Source of the DNA: Escherichia coli
Lineage (GTDB): Bacteria; Pseudomonadota; Gammaproteobacteria; Enterobacterales; Enterobacteriaceae
Direction: 5' to 3' (one strand)
NCBI RefSeq assembly: GCF_044324875.1
Contig: NZ_CP172185.1
DNA length: 64,000 nucleotides
Shown here: in pieces, positions 44,097 through 54,373 of the stretch
How the letters are laid out: each line of letters starts with the position of its first letter
Numbering within the stretch: the first letter of the stretch is position 1
The notes under the pieces: generated by a model
What the model was told of the DNA's origin: nothing
The model's input: the letters and a program-made list of their open reading frames with translations, nothing else
Database searches by the model: none
Made by a program: the position numbers and the translations under genes

Positions 44097-44677
44097 TAGC
44101 GGATAACCGCTGAAACGATATCGGAGTGCATATCGTCAATTGTGCGGCCGCGACAGGCATGGCCATGGGCGGTAAAGTCCCAGTTGCCGTTATTACGGCG
44201 CAGCGAAGAAATAACGATCCCGGTATGTGAGCCCTGCTCAGTCAGCTTGTAGCGAGCCAGCTCTTTGCCGGTTTGATCGACAACGCGGCAGAACGCGTTT
44301 TCGACGTCATTGAACGACTGACCACGGAAGCTGTTTACCGTAAACGCCAGGTATTCAACGTTTGCAGGCAGTCGGGAGAGGTTGACCTTAATCACTTCAT
44401 CGTCACCGTCACCCTCACCGGTCAGGTTATCGCCACTGTGCACAACAGCGCCGCAGGTGGATTCCAGTTTGCGGAACCAGATGGTGTCAATTGTTTTACC
44501 GGTGCTGTCCATTAATACGCAGCCAGCATCGAGATCGATTGAGTCGTTGCCTCCAAACAATCCTCCAAGAAGACCTTTTTTCTTAACCGGATCCCAACCG
44601 AGACCGAAATGAAGCTGGCTTAATGCAGATGATTCTTTGCTGAGTGATACCGTCTGGTTCTTAACTAATGAAACCAT
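44096..44677 (-). CDS. terZ: tellurium resistance protein TerZ
   Basis: 193 aa TerD-family protein, first gene of the operon, divergent from the biosynthetic module. Confidence 0.85.
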   Translation of the reverse strand: MVSLVKNQTVSLSKESSALSQLHFGLGWDPVKKKGLLGGLFGGNDSIDLDAGCVLMDSTGKTIDTIWFRKLESTCGAVVHSGDNLTGEGDGDDEVIKVNLSRLPANVEYLAFTVNSFRGQSFNDVENAFCRVVDQTGKELARYKLTEQGSHTGIVISSLRRNNGNWDFTAHGHACRGRTIDDMHSDIVSAVIR

Positions 44678-44998
44678 GTTTTATTCCTTAAAATGGTAAT
44701 GACCGAGACAATCAAAGGTATATTTAGTAACTGACGAAGAAAATCATATCATGATGAAGTTCTCTGACAAGGGAAATTTTGGTAGTTTTCTGTAAAAACA
44801 CAAAAATAAATCCTTTTCAGGGTGTTAATTTTCTATTTTTAATTTAAATATCAATATTTTATCACGAATCCAAAAAACACTGGCGCACTCCATAACCACG
44901 GAAGTTATTAATCATATTATGATTGACATGCAGCTTAGACACTCATAGACTCACTTCTCAATCATAAATTTGCATGGCGTTCCGGATAATTAAAAAAA

Positions 44999-46057
44999 AT
45001 GAACAAGAAAATTTGGTTTATGGAAGGTTTATCCTCCCAGCGAGATATTATTCATGGGGTAAAATCATTTGCACAAAAAAATAATTTTGCCATTACCGTT
45101 TTTGCCTCCCACCGTAACGAAAGAAATGAAATCCTTTCCGTTGCCGATTATTCTTTGACTGAACCTGAAGATCCTCAAAAACGTCTTCAGTTTATCCAGG
45201 AAACCATTCAGACCTACGGTATCCACCATATTCATACTGGCCGTAACAGCCAGTGGTTTGAAGAACACCGTTCAGCCATTGAATCGACCGGTGCCACCCT
45301 TACTACCGGTGCAACGGGCGTCGACTGGTTAACTCTGGCTGACGAAAAAGTTACTTTTGCTCAGTTTATGGAGCAAAAGGGTCTCCCGGTCGTACCATCC
45401 TGGCGGGTGAATACGCTGGCAGAATTAAAGACACACCTCGCGGCCCCGCCGTTCACTGACAGCCCGGTATGCGTGAAGCCGGTGACGGGTATCTATGGCA
45501 TGGGATTCTGGCGCTTTGATGACAGTGCTTCGCCTATGGCCGTCTTTAATCATCCCGAACATCGTCTGGTCAGTCCGCAACAGTATATTGCAGCAGCATC
45601 TGCTGCTGAGTCGTTTAAACCCCTTGTTTTGATGCCGTACCTGCCAGGCCCGGAATTTTCCGTCGATATCCTCGCGGATAAGGGCGAAATACTCGCAGCC
45701 GTGGGACGCCGTAAGGAAGGGGCTATCCAGTATCTGGTAAACGAAGGAAGCGCCTGGGAACTGGCGTGTGACTGCGCCCGTGTTATGAAGGCCGACGGGC
45801 TGGTGAATGTTCAGACGCGAAACGATGTGAATGGCAACCCGGTGCTGCTTGAAACCAACATGCGTCCGTCAGGGGGGGTGGGTTATACCCTTCACAGCGG
45901 GGTGAACCTTCCTGGGTTATTTGCTGCCTTTAAGCTCGGTCTGATGTCTGAAGATATGGTACGCCAGAGCGCTAAAAACACCTTTTCTCCGGTTGCGGTG
46001 AGATCCATTACGGATGTAATTGCATACCCGGAATCACTCTCTAACCTTCTGAGTTAA
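44999..46057 (+). CDS. ATP-grasp domain protein of ter-associated biosynthetic module
   Basis: 352 aa; gene order ATP-grasp/PRTase/HAD/StiP/HpcH next to ter genes matches the described ter-linked module; assignment from context and overall architecture, not from motifs I could verify. Confidence 0.6.
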   Translation: MNKKIWFMEGLSSQRDIIHGVKSFAQKNNFAITVFASHRNERNEILSVADYSLTEPEDPQKRLQFIQETIQTYGIHHIHTGRNSQWFEEHRSAIESTGATLTTGATGVDWLTLADEKVTFAQFMEQKGLPVVPSWRVNTLAELKTHLAAPPFTDSPVCVKPVTGIYGMGFWRFDDSASPMAVFNHPEHRLVSPQQYIAAASAAESFKPLVLMPYLPGPEFSVDILADKGEILAAVGRRKEGAIQYLVNEGSAWELACDCARVMKADGLVNVQTRNDVNGNPVLLETNMRPSGGVGYTLHSGVNLPGLFAAFKLGLMSEDMVRQSAKNTFSPVAVRSITDVIAYPESLSNLLS

Positions 46058-46066
46058 GGCGTATTT

Positions 46067-47209
46067 ATGTCTGATATCCTCGAAGATATGATTTATCGCC
46101 GTACCCTCTCATGCGGTACGATTCAGGTAACCCGTGACCAGGGTGAAGTTTCGCTCGATGACCTGTTTGACATCGCTGAAAGACGTAACCCGAAACGCGC
46201 CTTTCTGTTTGTCAGCAAAGTACTCGGCAGGCACATTCCCGTGCCACCCTCAGTCATGCGGCAGGCCTACAGACAGCTTGCCAGCCAGTTCCCCTCGACA
46301 CTGACAGGACCCGTACTGTTTATCGGTATGGCTGAAACCGCCGTTGGGCTTGGGGCCGGTGTATTTGATGAAGTGCGCCACCAGCATCGTGAATCTGTCT
46401 ATCTGACCTCTACCCGTCACCCGGTTGATGGCACGTTGCTTTGCGAGTTCAAGGAAGAACACAGCCACGCCACCGATCATCTGATCTATCTGCCAGATGA
46501 TGAAGAGAAAAGACGTCGTGTTACCAACGCACGAACGCTGGTTTTGATTGATGACGAGGCAACCACCGGTAATACCTTTATTAACCTGCTTTCTGCCCTG
46601 CGTAATACCGGCAAGCTTCAACATATTGAACAGGTTATCGCCGTAACGCTGACCGACTGGAGTGGCAATGCCCTGTCGGAGCGCACCCCCTTGCCAGTCA
46701 CTTCGGTTTCGCTTGTAAGCGGTCAGTGGGGATGGACCCCATTACCTGATGCACATGTCCCGGACATGCCTAAAGTCAACGTAACTTCACGAGGAGAATG
46801 GGACATCCAGGGAAAACAGTCCTGGGGCCGACTGGGGATGCTCGCACCTGCGGCCGATCTCGGCCATGAGGTCTCCGTCCACAAGGGGGAACGTATTCTG
46901 GTTCTCGGGACCGGGGAATTCGTCTGGGAGCCGTTCCTGCTTGCTGAACGGCTCGAAGCTGCCGGAGCACAGGCATTTTATGGATCGACCACCCGCTCCC
47001 CTATCGCCGTTGGTTATGCCATTGAGTCCGCCATTTCCTTTACGGATAACTACGGGCTGGGCATCCCCAATTTTGTCTATAACGTCGCCCACCAGCAGTT
47101 TGACCGCATTCTTGTGTGTACTGAGACACCCGCAGAAAGTATTGACACGCAGCTTCTTAAAGCGCTGGCTGAGGTTGCGCCCGTCGTGGAGATTGTTACC
47201 TATGAATAA
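46067..47209 (+). CDS. phosphoribosyltransferase-domain protein
   Basis: 380 aa; PRPP-binding loop VLIDDEATTGNT. Confidence 0.7.
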   Translation: MSDILEDMIYRRTLSCGTIQVTRDQGEVSLDDLFDIAERRNPKRAFLFVSKVLGRHIPVPPSVMRQAYRQLASQFPSTLTGPVLFIGMAETAVGLGAGVFDEVRHQHRESVYLTSTRHPVDGTLLCEFKEEHSHATDHLIYLPDDEEKRRRVTNARTLVLIDDEATTGNTFINLLSALRNTGKLQHIEQVIAVTLTDWSGNALSERTPLPVTSVSLVSGQWGWTPLPDAHVPDMPKVNVTSRGEWDIQGKQSWGRLGMLAPAADLGHEVSVHKGERILVLGTGEFVWEPFLLAERLEAAGAQAFYGSTTRSPIAVGYAIESAISFTDNYGLGIPNFVYNVAHQQFDRILVCTETPAESIDTQLLKALAEVAPVVEIVTYE

Positions 47210-47975
47210 ACCCGTTGTTCTGAGCGACCTTGACGACACGCTCTTTCAGACCCGTCGTAAAATGGTGGACGAGCTGGCCCTGGAGCCATTCCGTACCGGT
47301 GCCGTTGATCGCACCCTGAATCCACGAAGCTTTATGACGGAAGAACAGTCCATGTTGGTGGACTGGCTCCTGGAGCAGGCTGAACTCATACCCGTTACCG
47401 CACGGGGTACTGAAGAAATCAGCCGCGTACGGATCCCTTTCCACTCCTGGGCAATCACAACGCACGGGGCCGTCATTCTCACGCCTGAAGGCAAACCCGA
47501 CGAGGAGTGGAAGGCCCATATGCTCGGCCAGCTGGCTCCCTACCAGGAAAAGCTGACATCGATGCAGCGTCTGATCACTGAAATGATGGACGCAAAAGGG
47601 CTCAATGCCTGGGCAAGGCTGAACTTCGAATACGGTGAAACGGCGGTTTATATGGTGATGAAACACCGCGACAGCACCCGCCTTGACGAGCTCAATGCCA
47701 TTGCAGATGAGATAGAAACGGTGTTTCCGACCGAGGGCTTCTACATCCACCGCAACAGTAATAACGTGGCCTGGCTTCCCACCCCGGTTGAGAAAGGGCT
47801 GGCAGTCAGCTGGCTGCTTGAAAAACTTCGGGCTGAACGAGGAGTTTTCCCCGTAATTGGTTTGGGCGACAGCCTGAGCGATCATCGTTTTATGAAACTG
47901 TGCAGCTGGTTTGGCATCCCGCGTCAGAGTCAGTTTGCAGATGCCATTTCACAGCGAATTTTTGGAGAAAATTAA
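47202..47975 (+). CDS. HAD-family hydrolase
   Basis: Track ORF 46866..47975; start at ATG 47202 (MNKPVVLSDLDDTLF) gives the HAD motif-I DxDxT at the N-terminus. Confidence 0.75.
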   Translation: MNKPVVLSDLDDTLFQTRRKMVDELALEPFRTGAVDRTLNPRSFMTEEQSMLVDWLLEQAELIPVTARGTEEISRVRIPFHSWAITTHGAVILTPEGKPDEEWKAHMLGQLAPYQEKLTSMQRLITEMMDAKGLNAWARLNFEYGETAVYMVMKHRDSTRLDELNAIADEIETVFPTEGFYIHRNSNNVAWLPTPVEKGLAVSWLLEKLRAERGVFPVIGLGDSLSDHRFMKLCSWFGIPRQSQFADAISQRIFGEN

Positions 47976-47976
47976 A

Positions 47977-49056
47977 ATGCAGCCACATGAAACATTTACC
48001 GGCTCATACCAGCCCGGTGACGTGGAATTTCTGCTAAAGCCGGTTGTCATTGAGATGACGCCGGTTGAGAAAAAAGAAGAACTGATTCAGTCCGGGAAGA
48101 AACATTATTCGGACATGCTCAGCCAGGAGCCAGCGCCTACACAATGGCATCTTGATTTGTTTCACCGGGCGCTGGATCGGGGCGCAGAGAGGCTTGCAAA
48201 AGAAGTCACACAGCTCGCTATTGCTCTGGCCGAACGCTTCGGTGATGAGCCCATTGTACTGGCCAGTCTTGTCAGGGCTGGCGTTCCGCTCGGCGTTATG
48301 CTGCACCAGGCCCTGCGTGACATGGGGAAAACCTCATGGCATTACGGTATCAGCATTATCCGAGATCGTGGAATTGACGGTGCAGCCCTCGACGTCATTG
48401 AAGAGCGCCATGGTACCAGCGGTATTGTCTTTGTTGACGGATGGACAGGTAAAGGCGCAATTACCGGAGAGCTTGTACGCGCACTGAAAGATCGCCCGGG
48501 CTATCCTGAGCAGCCGCGACTGGTTGTCCTGGCCGATCCCTGTGGCTGCTCCTGGCTTGCAGCCAGTGATGATGACTGGCTCATTCCTTTTGGCATCATG
48601 GGTGCGCCGGTATCAGGCCTGATCTCCCGGTCAGTATGGTCCTCTGAAGGATTACATGGGTGCATGGTTTGCGAGCATCTCAGTGAATTCGAATGCAGCC
48701 GGATGCTTGTCGATACCGTCGCCCATTTCCGTAAGAAATTAACCCCGTCATCCCTCGCTACCCTGAGCTGGAATATGGAGTCAGCCCGGGTCTTATGGCA
48801 GACAAGTCGCGACGTTATCGCGTTCCTAGCCGATGAATTTAAAGTGGACAGCGTCAATCGTATTAAACCCGGTATTGCTGAAGCAACCCGGGCTGTATTA
48901 CGTCGGGTACCGGACCATGTATTTGTGCGTTCTATTGACGACCCGGACGTTGCCTTGCTTGTAGGGCTTGCTCGTGAAAAGGGAATAGTTGTTACAGAAA
49001 TGGGGGGAACCCTCGGCCAGTATCGGGCTGTAACCATTATCAAGAAGGTACTCTGA
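47977..49056 (+). CDS. StiP-like cysteine protease family protein
   Basis: Track ORF 47911..49056; ATG at 47977 (MQPHETF); family call from position in the ter module, not from a verified motif. Confidence 0.5.
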   Translation: MQPHETFTGSYQPGDVEFLLKPVVIEMTPVEKKEELIQSGKKHYSDMLSQEPAPTQWHLDLFHRALDRGAERLAKEVTQLAIALAERFGDEPIVLASLVRAGVPLGVMLHQALRDMGKTSWHYGISIIRDRGIDGAALDVIEERHGTSGIVFVDGWTGKGAITGELVRALKDRPGYPEQPRLVVLADPCGCSWLAASDDDWLIPFGIMGAPVSGLISRSVWSSEGLHGCMVCEHLSEFECSRMLVDTVAHFRKKLTPSSLATLSWNMESARVLWQTSRDVIAFLADEFKVDSVNRIKPGIAEATRAVLRRVPDHVFVRSIDDPDVALLVGLAREKGIVVTEMGGTLGQYRAVTIIKKVL

Positions 49057-50012
49057 TGAAAAATCGTCTTTCTCCCTGGAATCTGGGAGCCACGCTATAC
49101 ATGCCTGCAACACGGGAAGATATTGCTGATGCCGTCCTGCACGGGAAAATCCCGGGTTTGCGCTCTCTGGTGATTTGCCTGGAGGATGCTGTCAGTGAAG
49201 CAGACATCCCCGTCGCCCTCAAAAATCTGGAGCACCTGCTGCACGAGCTCAGTAACAGCATGCGTAGCCTGGGTAAAAATGACTGGCCTCTGGTGTTCAT
49301 TCGCCCCCGGCATGCCGAAATGGGCAGATGGTTAAAAGCGCATTATGATCTTTCCGCTGTCGACGGGTTTGTGTTGCCGAAATTTACCCTGAGTTCGTTA
49401 GCTGAATGGTGGGATATCATGGGCGGGACTCACCTGTGCATGATGCCAACGCTGGAAACAGAAGACGTCTTTGACGTGGTTCAGATGCGCGAGCTGGCCA
49501 CCCATCTGGTGGAACATCCCTGCCACGACCGCATTATTGCGCTTCGAATCGGCGGCAACGATCTAATGAACGTTGTGTCGCTTCGCCGTCCCCGCGACCT
49601 GACGCTGTATGACAGCCCGATGGGCTACGTCATCAAAATGCTCGTTTCGGTCTTCGGCCCGCGTGATTTTGCCCTGACCGCGCCCGTATGTGAGCATATT
49701 GACGATCATGCCGTTATGGCCAGAGAGCTGGCTCTTGATATGGCACATGGGCTTGTTGGGAAAACGGCCATTCACCCGGGTCAGATAGAGGTCATTCAAA
49801 ACGCGCTGATGGTCACTCAGGGTGAGCATTCTGACGCTCTGCGGATCCTGAACTCTACCCAGGCCGTGTTTAAGTCTCAGGGAGCGATGTGTGAACCCGC
49901 CACACATCGCCGCTGGGCGGCTGGCATTCTGGACAGAGCTCGTTTTTATGGGTTACAGAACGAGCAAAGCGCTGATGGAATCAGATTACTTACCGTGACC
50001 CAGCATCATTAA
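49056..50012 (+). CDS. HpcH/HpaI aldolase / citrate-lyase beta-like protein
   Basis: 318 aa TIM-barrel-like; start overlaps preceding stop. Confidence 0.6.
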   Translation: MKNRLSPWNLGATLYMPATREDIADAVLHGKIPGLRSLVICLEDAVSEADIPVALKNLEHLLHELSNSMRSLGKNDWPLVFIRPRHAEMGRWLKAHYDLSAVDGFVLPKFTLSSLAEWWDIMGGTHLCMMPTLETEDVFDVVQMRELATHLVEHPCHDRIIALRIGGNDLMNVVSLRRPRDLTLYDSPMGYVIKMLVSVFGPRDFALTAPVCEHIDDHAVMARELALDMAHGLVGKTAIHPGQIEVIQNALMVTQGEHSDALRILNSTQAVFKSQGAMCEPATHRRWAAGILDRARFYGLQNEQSADGIRLLTVTQHH

Positions 50013-50022
50013 GGAAATCATA

Positions 50023-51231
50023 ATGGGGTTCAGGTTCAGAAAGTCGATCAACATTATTCCTGGCGTTCGCCTCAACCTGAGTAACGGTGCACCGAGCCTG
50101 AGTGTCGGGCCGAGAGGTGCTTCCGTTTCTTTTGGAAGCCGGGGGACCTATGCCAATCTGGGCTTGCCCGGTACCGGGCTGAGTTACCGTACCCGGCTTG
50201 ACCGGGCCGCGCGTTCCGGAGGTGGGAACCGGACGGCAACCGACCCGGGGCTCAGACAGGCGCTTGAGCAGGAAGCCGCTGAACTCATGTCAGCGGTGAC
50301 CGCAATCCGTAATATTCACGAGCTCACGCCGGATCCAAAAACAGGCATCAGCTGGGCAGAGCTGGAGGCAGTATACCTGCATAACAGAACGTCGCCTTTT
50401 CAGGTTCCGGCACCGGTACGTCCAGAAAAGCCAGACTACCTTGCATTGCCGGAAAAGCCTGCCGAGAGCGAAGGCATTAGTTTTCTGGGTAAATGGTTTG
50501 AATCGGAATCAGCTAAAGCTGAGCGCCACGCCGAAAATCTTCGCCGGTGGCAGCAGGAGCTGATTGATGTGGAGCGTGAGAATACCCTTCGACAGCACCG
50601 GTACCAGCAACAACGGACGGCCTGGGCCGAACAGTATGCAAACTGGAAGTTTGAAGCTGAAGAACATGAAAAACGGCTCGCCACGGCTCAGGCAGATGCC
50701 CGGCAGCAGTTCCGGACAGACGCCGCGTTTTTCGAATCATACCTGGCGGGTGTGCTGGCAGAAACTGAATGGCCGCGTGAAACGCTTGTTGCATTTGAAG
50801 TAAAGCCGGAGCTATCAGCAGTCCTGCTGGACGTTGATTTAGCTGAGATTGAAGATTTCCCTGATAAGATTTACGGCGTTAATGCCCGGGGCACGGAGCT
50901 GACGGAAAAAGCCATGACGCAAAAAGCCGTACGCGAAAACTATGCCCGCCACGTTCATGGCTGCTTGTTCCGCCTGGTCGGTATCGTTTTACATACGCTA
51001 CCTTTCGACAACGTGATTGTGTCAGGCTTTACGCAACGGGTCAGTAAGCGGACCGGCTATCTGGAGGATGAGTATATCCTGTCCTGCAAATGCACTCGCA
51101 GCCAGATGTCGTCAGTAAATTTTGCAGGCATAGAACACATTGATCCGGTTGAAGCGTTAGGCGATCACCCGGTTATTCGAAAGATGAGCAGTACCTTCAT
51201 TTTTCAGCCTATTGAACCACTAACCCTTTAA
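50023..51231 (+). CDS. DUF4236-like N-terminal domain protein (402 aa)
   Basis: N-terminus MGFRFRKSINIIPGVRLNLSNGAPSLSVGPRG... matches the Gly-rich DUF4236 pattern; central Glu/Arg/Gln-rich probable coiled coil. Confidence 0.5.
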   Translation: MGFRFRKSINIIPGVRLNLSNGAPSLSVGPRGASVSFGSRGTYANLGLPGTGLSYRTRLDRAARSGGGNRTATDPGLRQALEQEAAELMSAVTAIRNIHELTPDPKTGISWAELEAVYLHNRTSPFQVPAPVRPEKPDYLALPEKPAESEGISFLGKWFESESAKAERHAENLRRWQQELIDVERENTLRQHRYQQQRTAWAEQYANWKFEAEEHEKRLATAQADARQQFRTDAAFFESYLAGVLAETEWPRETLVAFEVKPELSAVLLDVDLAEIEDFPDKIYGVNARGTELTEKAMTQKAVRENYARHVHGCLFRLVGIVLHTLPFDNVIVSGFTQRVSKRTGYLEDEYILSCKCTRSQMSSVNFAGIEHIDPVEALGDHPVIRKMSSTFIFQPIEPLTL

Positions 51232-51248
51232 GCAGGCTAAATCTTACG

Positions 51249-51716
51249 ATGCAATTAAATACCAGACAGGCCCGGATTTTTAAGCTTGCCAACTTACTGG
51301 GCACCGGCAAGCCCGTTTCCGCTGCCGACATTATAACCAGTCTGGAATGCTCAGAGCCGACATTAACCCGGGCCCTCAAAGAGCTACGCGAGTCATATTC
51401 TGCGGAGATCAAATACAGCAAGGCAGGTCATTCCTACCATCTCGTTAATCCGGGCCAGCTGGATAAAAAGACCCTTCGCCGGATGAATGAAGCGCTCGCA
51501 CAGAATGCTGAACTGAAAACCGGTGAGTCCACAGGGAAGGTCGTACTCGATAAGGATAAAAAAACAGCCGTGTCATTATCGCTACGCATGCGGATTTTAA
51601 GAAAAATTGACCGTCTGGCTGCGCTGAGTGGCTCGACCCGAAGTGAAGCGGTAGAGAAGCTGGCTCTGCACTCCGTTGATGAACTGATAAAAGAATACAG
51701 CGCTAAAAAGTCCTGA
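51249..51716 (+). CDS. terW: TerW-like DNA-binding regulator
   Basis: 155 aa, size and position as for TerW of ter islands; N-terminal helix-turn-helix-like segment. Confidence 0.65.
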   Translation: MQLNTRQARIFKLANLLGTGKPVSAADIITSLECSEPTLTRALKELRESYSAEIKYSKAGHSYHLVNPGQLDKKTLRRMNEALAQNAELKTGESTGKVVLDKDKKTAVSLSLRMRILRKIDRLAALSGSTRSEAVEKLALHSVDELIKEYSAKKS

Positions 51717-51730
51717 CGCTAAATCTCAGA

Positions 51731-51753
51731 CCGGGGTGAAAACCCCGGTTTTG
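51731..51753 (+). terminator. rho-independent terminator after terW
   Basis: CCGGGGT-GAAAA-CCCCGG followed by TTTTGT, 15 nt after the terW stop. Confidence 0.55.
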
Positions 51754-51981
51754 TCATATTTCACCTCTGTATCTGCGTGACGGAGTTTTGATCTATTCTC
51801 CTCCCGCAATGTCAGCAGCGCCTTTCTGCCTACAAAACCTGGTGTCTTGACATCCTCTTGTGCTACACATCAATCTTTGGGCGATTTACACTCCATTCAT
51901 GCAGATCTGTGATGTATGATGATTTTCAGTAACCGGCTCATTTAAACCGTCTGGTCTGTTTCCTCCGGCTCTACAAAAATA

Positions 51982-52659
51982 ATGTCCATCATTTTTAATG
52001 GACATTATCGTATGAAACACCGGACCTGGATCACTGAAGCTTTACGTCTTCACTTTGAAGAACATTTACCCCGGGTTGTGGCCGGGCGTCGCCTGGGTGT
52101 ACCAAAATCAACAGTTTGTAGTATGTTCGTGCGCTTTCGGAGAGCTGGCCTTTCGTGGCCTTTGCCCGCAGGCATGTCGGAGCAGGAACTTGATGCCTGC
52201 CTTTACGGACAATTTTCCACGGTACCAGTCGTACGTCCTGAAAGCACCGTTATATCCGAAGCCCCCGTGGTAAAAAAACGTCCCCGGCGGCCCAACTTCC
52301 CTTATGAGTTTAAAATCGCCTTAGTGGAGCAGTCACTGCAGCCCGGAGCCTGTGTGGCGCAGATCGCCCGGGAAAACGGAATCAACGATAACCTGCTCTT
52401 CAACTGGCGCCATCAATACCGGAAAGGTGGCCTGCTGCCTTCCGGAAAAAATATGCCGGCACTGCTTCCCGTGACGTTAACGCCGGAGCCGGATAATAAA
52501 ATCCCGGCCCCCGCACAGGAACCAGAGCAGATAAATACACCGTCCGACAGTCTGTGTTGTGAGCTGGTTCTGCCGGCCGGAACTCTCAGGCTTAAAGGTA
52601 AACTGACGCCGGCGTTATTACAGACACTTATCCGCGAAATAAAAGGGAGCAGCCACTGA
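51982..52659 (+). CDS. tnpA: IS66-family Orf1 (TnpA)
   Basis: 225 aa; C-terminal half aligns with TnpA of the other IS66 copy. Confidence 0.75.
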   Translation: MSIIFNGHYRMKHRTWITEALRLHFEEHLPRVVAGRRLGVPKSTVCSMFVRFRRAGLSWPLPAGMSEQELDACLYGQFSTVPVVRPESTVISEAPVVKKRPRRPNFPYEFKIALVEQSLQPGACVAQIARENGINDNLLFNWRHQYRKGGLLPSGKNMPALLPVTLTPEPDNKIPAPAQEPEQINTPSDSLCCELVLPAGTLRLKGKLTPALLQTLIREIKGSSH

Positions 52660-53006
52660 TGATATCTCTCCCTGCAGGTTCGCGTATCTGGCTGGTTGCA
52701 GGTATCACCGATATGCGAAATGGCTTTAACGGCCTGGCATCAAAAGTTCAGAACGTCCTGAAGGATGACCCGTTCTCCGGACACCTGTTCATCTTCCGCG
52801 GACGCCGGGGTGACCAGATAAAAGTGTTGTGGGCTGACAGTGACGGACTGTGCCTCTTCACCAAACGCCTGGAGCGGGGCCGCTTCGTCTGGCCAGTCAC
52901 CCGTGACGGCAAGGTGCACCTTACTCCGGCTCAGTTATCCATGCTTCTTGAAGGTATCAACTGGAAGCACCCGAAACGAACGGAACGCGCTGGAATCCGC
53001 ATATAA
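52659..53006 (+). CDS. tnpB: IS66-family Orf2 (TnpB)
   Basis: 115 aa, MISLPAGSRIWLVAGITDMRNGFNGLA..., near-identical to 9838..10185. Confidence 0.85.
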   Translation: MISLPAGSRIWLVAGITDMRNGFNGLASKVQNVLKDDPFSGHLFIFRGRRGDQIKVLWADSDGLCLFTKRLERGRFVWPVTRDGKVHLTPAQLSMLLEGINWKHPKRTERAGIRI

Positions 53007-53601
53007 CCCGTTGTAAAGTGAGGATATGGACACCTCACTTGCTCATGAGAACGCCCGCCTGCGGGCACTGTTGCAGACGCAACAGGACACCATCCGCCAG
53101 ATGGCTGAATACAACCGCCTGCTCTCACAGCGGGTGGCGGCTTATGCTTCCGAAATCAACCGGCTGAAGGCGCTGGTTGCGAAACTGCAACGTATGCAGT
53201 TCGGTAAAAGCTCAGAAAAACTTCGTGCAAAAACCGAACGGCAGATACAGGAAGCACAGGAGCGAATCAGCGCACTTCAGGAAGAAATGGCGGAAACGCT
53301 GGGTGAGCAATATGACCCGGTACTGCCATCCGCCCTGCGCCAGTCTTCAGCCCGTAAACCGTTACCGGCCTCACTTCCCCGTGAAACCCGGGTTATCCGG
53401 CCGGAAGAGGAATGCTGTCCTGCCTGTGGTGGTGAACTCAGTTCTCTGGGATGTGATGTGTCAGAGCAACTGGAGCTTATCAGCAGCGCCTTTAAGGTTA
53501 TCTGCGTATTCCGCTCTATTCGATCACGGATTGGCATCGAAGTCCGATCAGCGATTCGCATCCATTCGATCAACCGGGAACTTAACTTTTTCTACCGCTT
53601 T

Positions 53602-54357
53602 TTAACGCGTTTTTTCGCTGCTTTCCACTACCGGGGGATTTTTCCTCAGTGACTCTCCCTGAAGGACCACTCGGTGTGAGTTATGTACCAGTCTGTCCAG
53701 GATGGCATCTGCTGTTGTTGGGTTCTCCATCAGACCATGCCATTTATCTACCGGGAACTGGCTTACCACTATCGTGCTGCTTTGTCCGTAACGATCCTCT
53801 ATGAGCTCCAGAAGGTCATTACACTGGGCGTTACTTAACTGTTCCAGCCCCAGATCGTCCAGGATTAGAACCTGTATTTTTTGCAACTGTTTCAGATATT
53901 TCAGCCAGCTGCCATCAACACGTCCCTGAGCCAGTTGTTCCAGTAATCGCCCGGTTCTACAGTACCGGACGCTGTGTTTCTGTCGACATGCCTGTTCGCC
54001 CAGCGCATTGGCTATCCAGCTCTTGCCACATCCTGTCGGACCGGTTATCAGCAGGTTTTTCCTGTGGGTTATGTAGTGGCCGTTCAGCAGTTCTCTCATC
54101 TGTTCAGCCCGCAGACCTCTTGAGGCCGGATAGCGCAGCCCTTCCGGTGTTGCCTGGTATTTCAGGCCGGCATTTTTTCTCAACCGTGCCACACGGCTGT
54201 TTTCCCTGCTCAGAAGCTCGTCATCAACCAGCAGCGTCAGCCTTTCCTCGAACGACAGTTCGTCGTAGGTCTGAGGCGTTTCCCGCTGCCGTATCAGGCT
54301 CCCGGCCATCGCCGGGAGTTTCAGTTGGGTCAGTTTGTTTAACAGGTTATCACTCAT
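53602..54357 (-). CDS. istB: IS21-family IstB
   Basis: Identical to 3714..4469. Confidence 0.9.
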   Translation of the reverse strand: MSDNLLNKLTQLKLPAMAGSLIRQRETPQTYDELSFEERLTLLVDDELLSRENSRVARLRKNAGLKYQATPEGLRYPASRGLRAEQMRELLNGHYITHRKNLLITGPTGCGKSWIANALGEQACRQKHSVRYCRTGRLLEQLAQGRVDGSWLKYLKQLQKIQVLILDDLGLEQLSNAQCNDLLELIEDRYGQSSTIVVSQFPVDKWHGLMENPTTADAILDRLVHNSHRVVLQGESLRKNPPVVESSEKTR

Positions 54358-54373
54358 ACTGTTGTTCCTTCTG

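Noticed and set aside
46787-47885. 150-aa and 229-aa minus-strand ORFs
   Set aside because: Antisense to the PRTase and HAD genes, which have clear motifs and coupling; treated as shadow ORFs.
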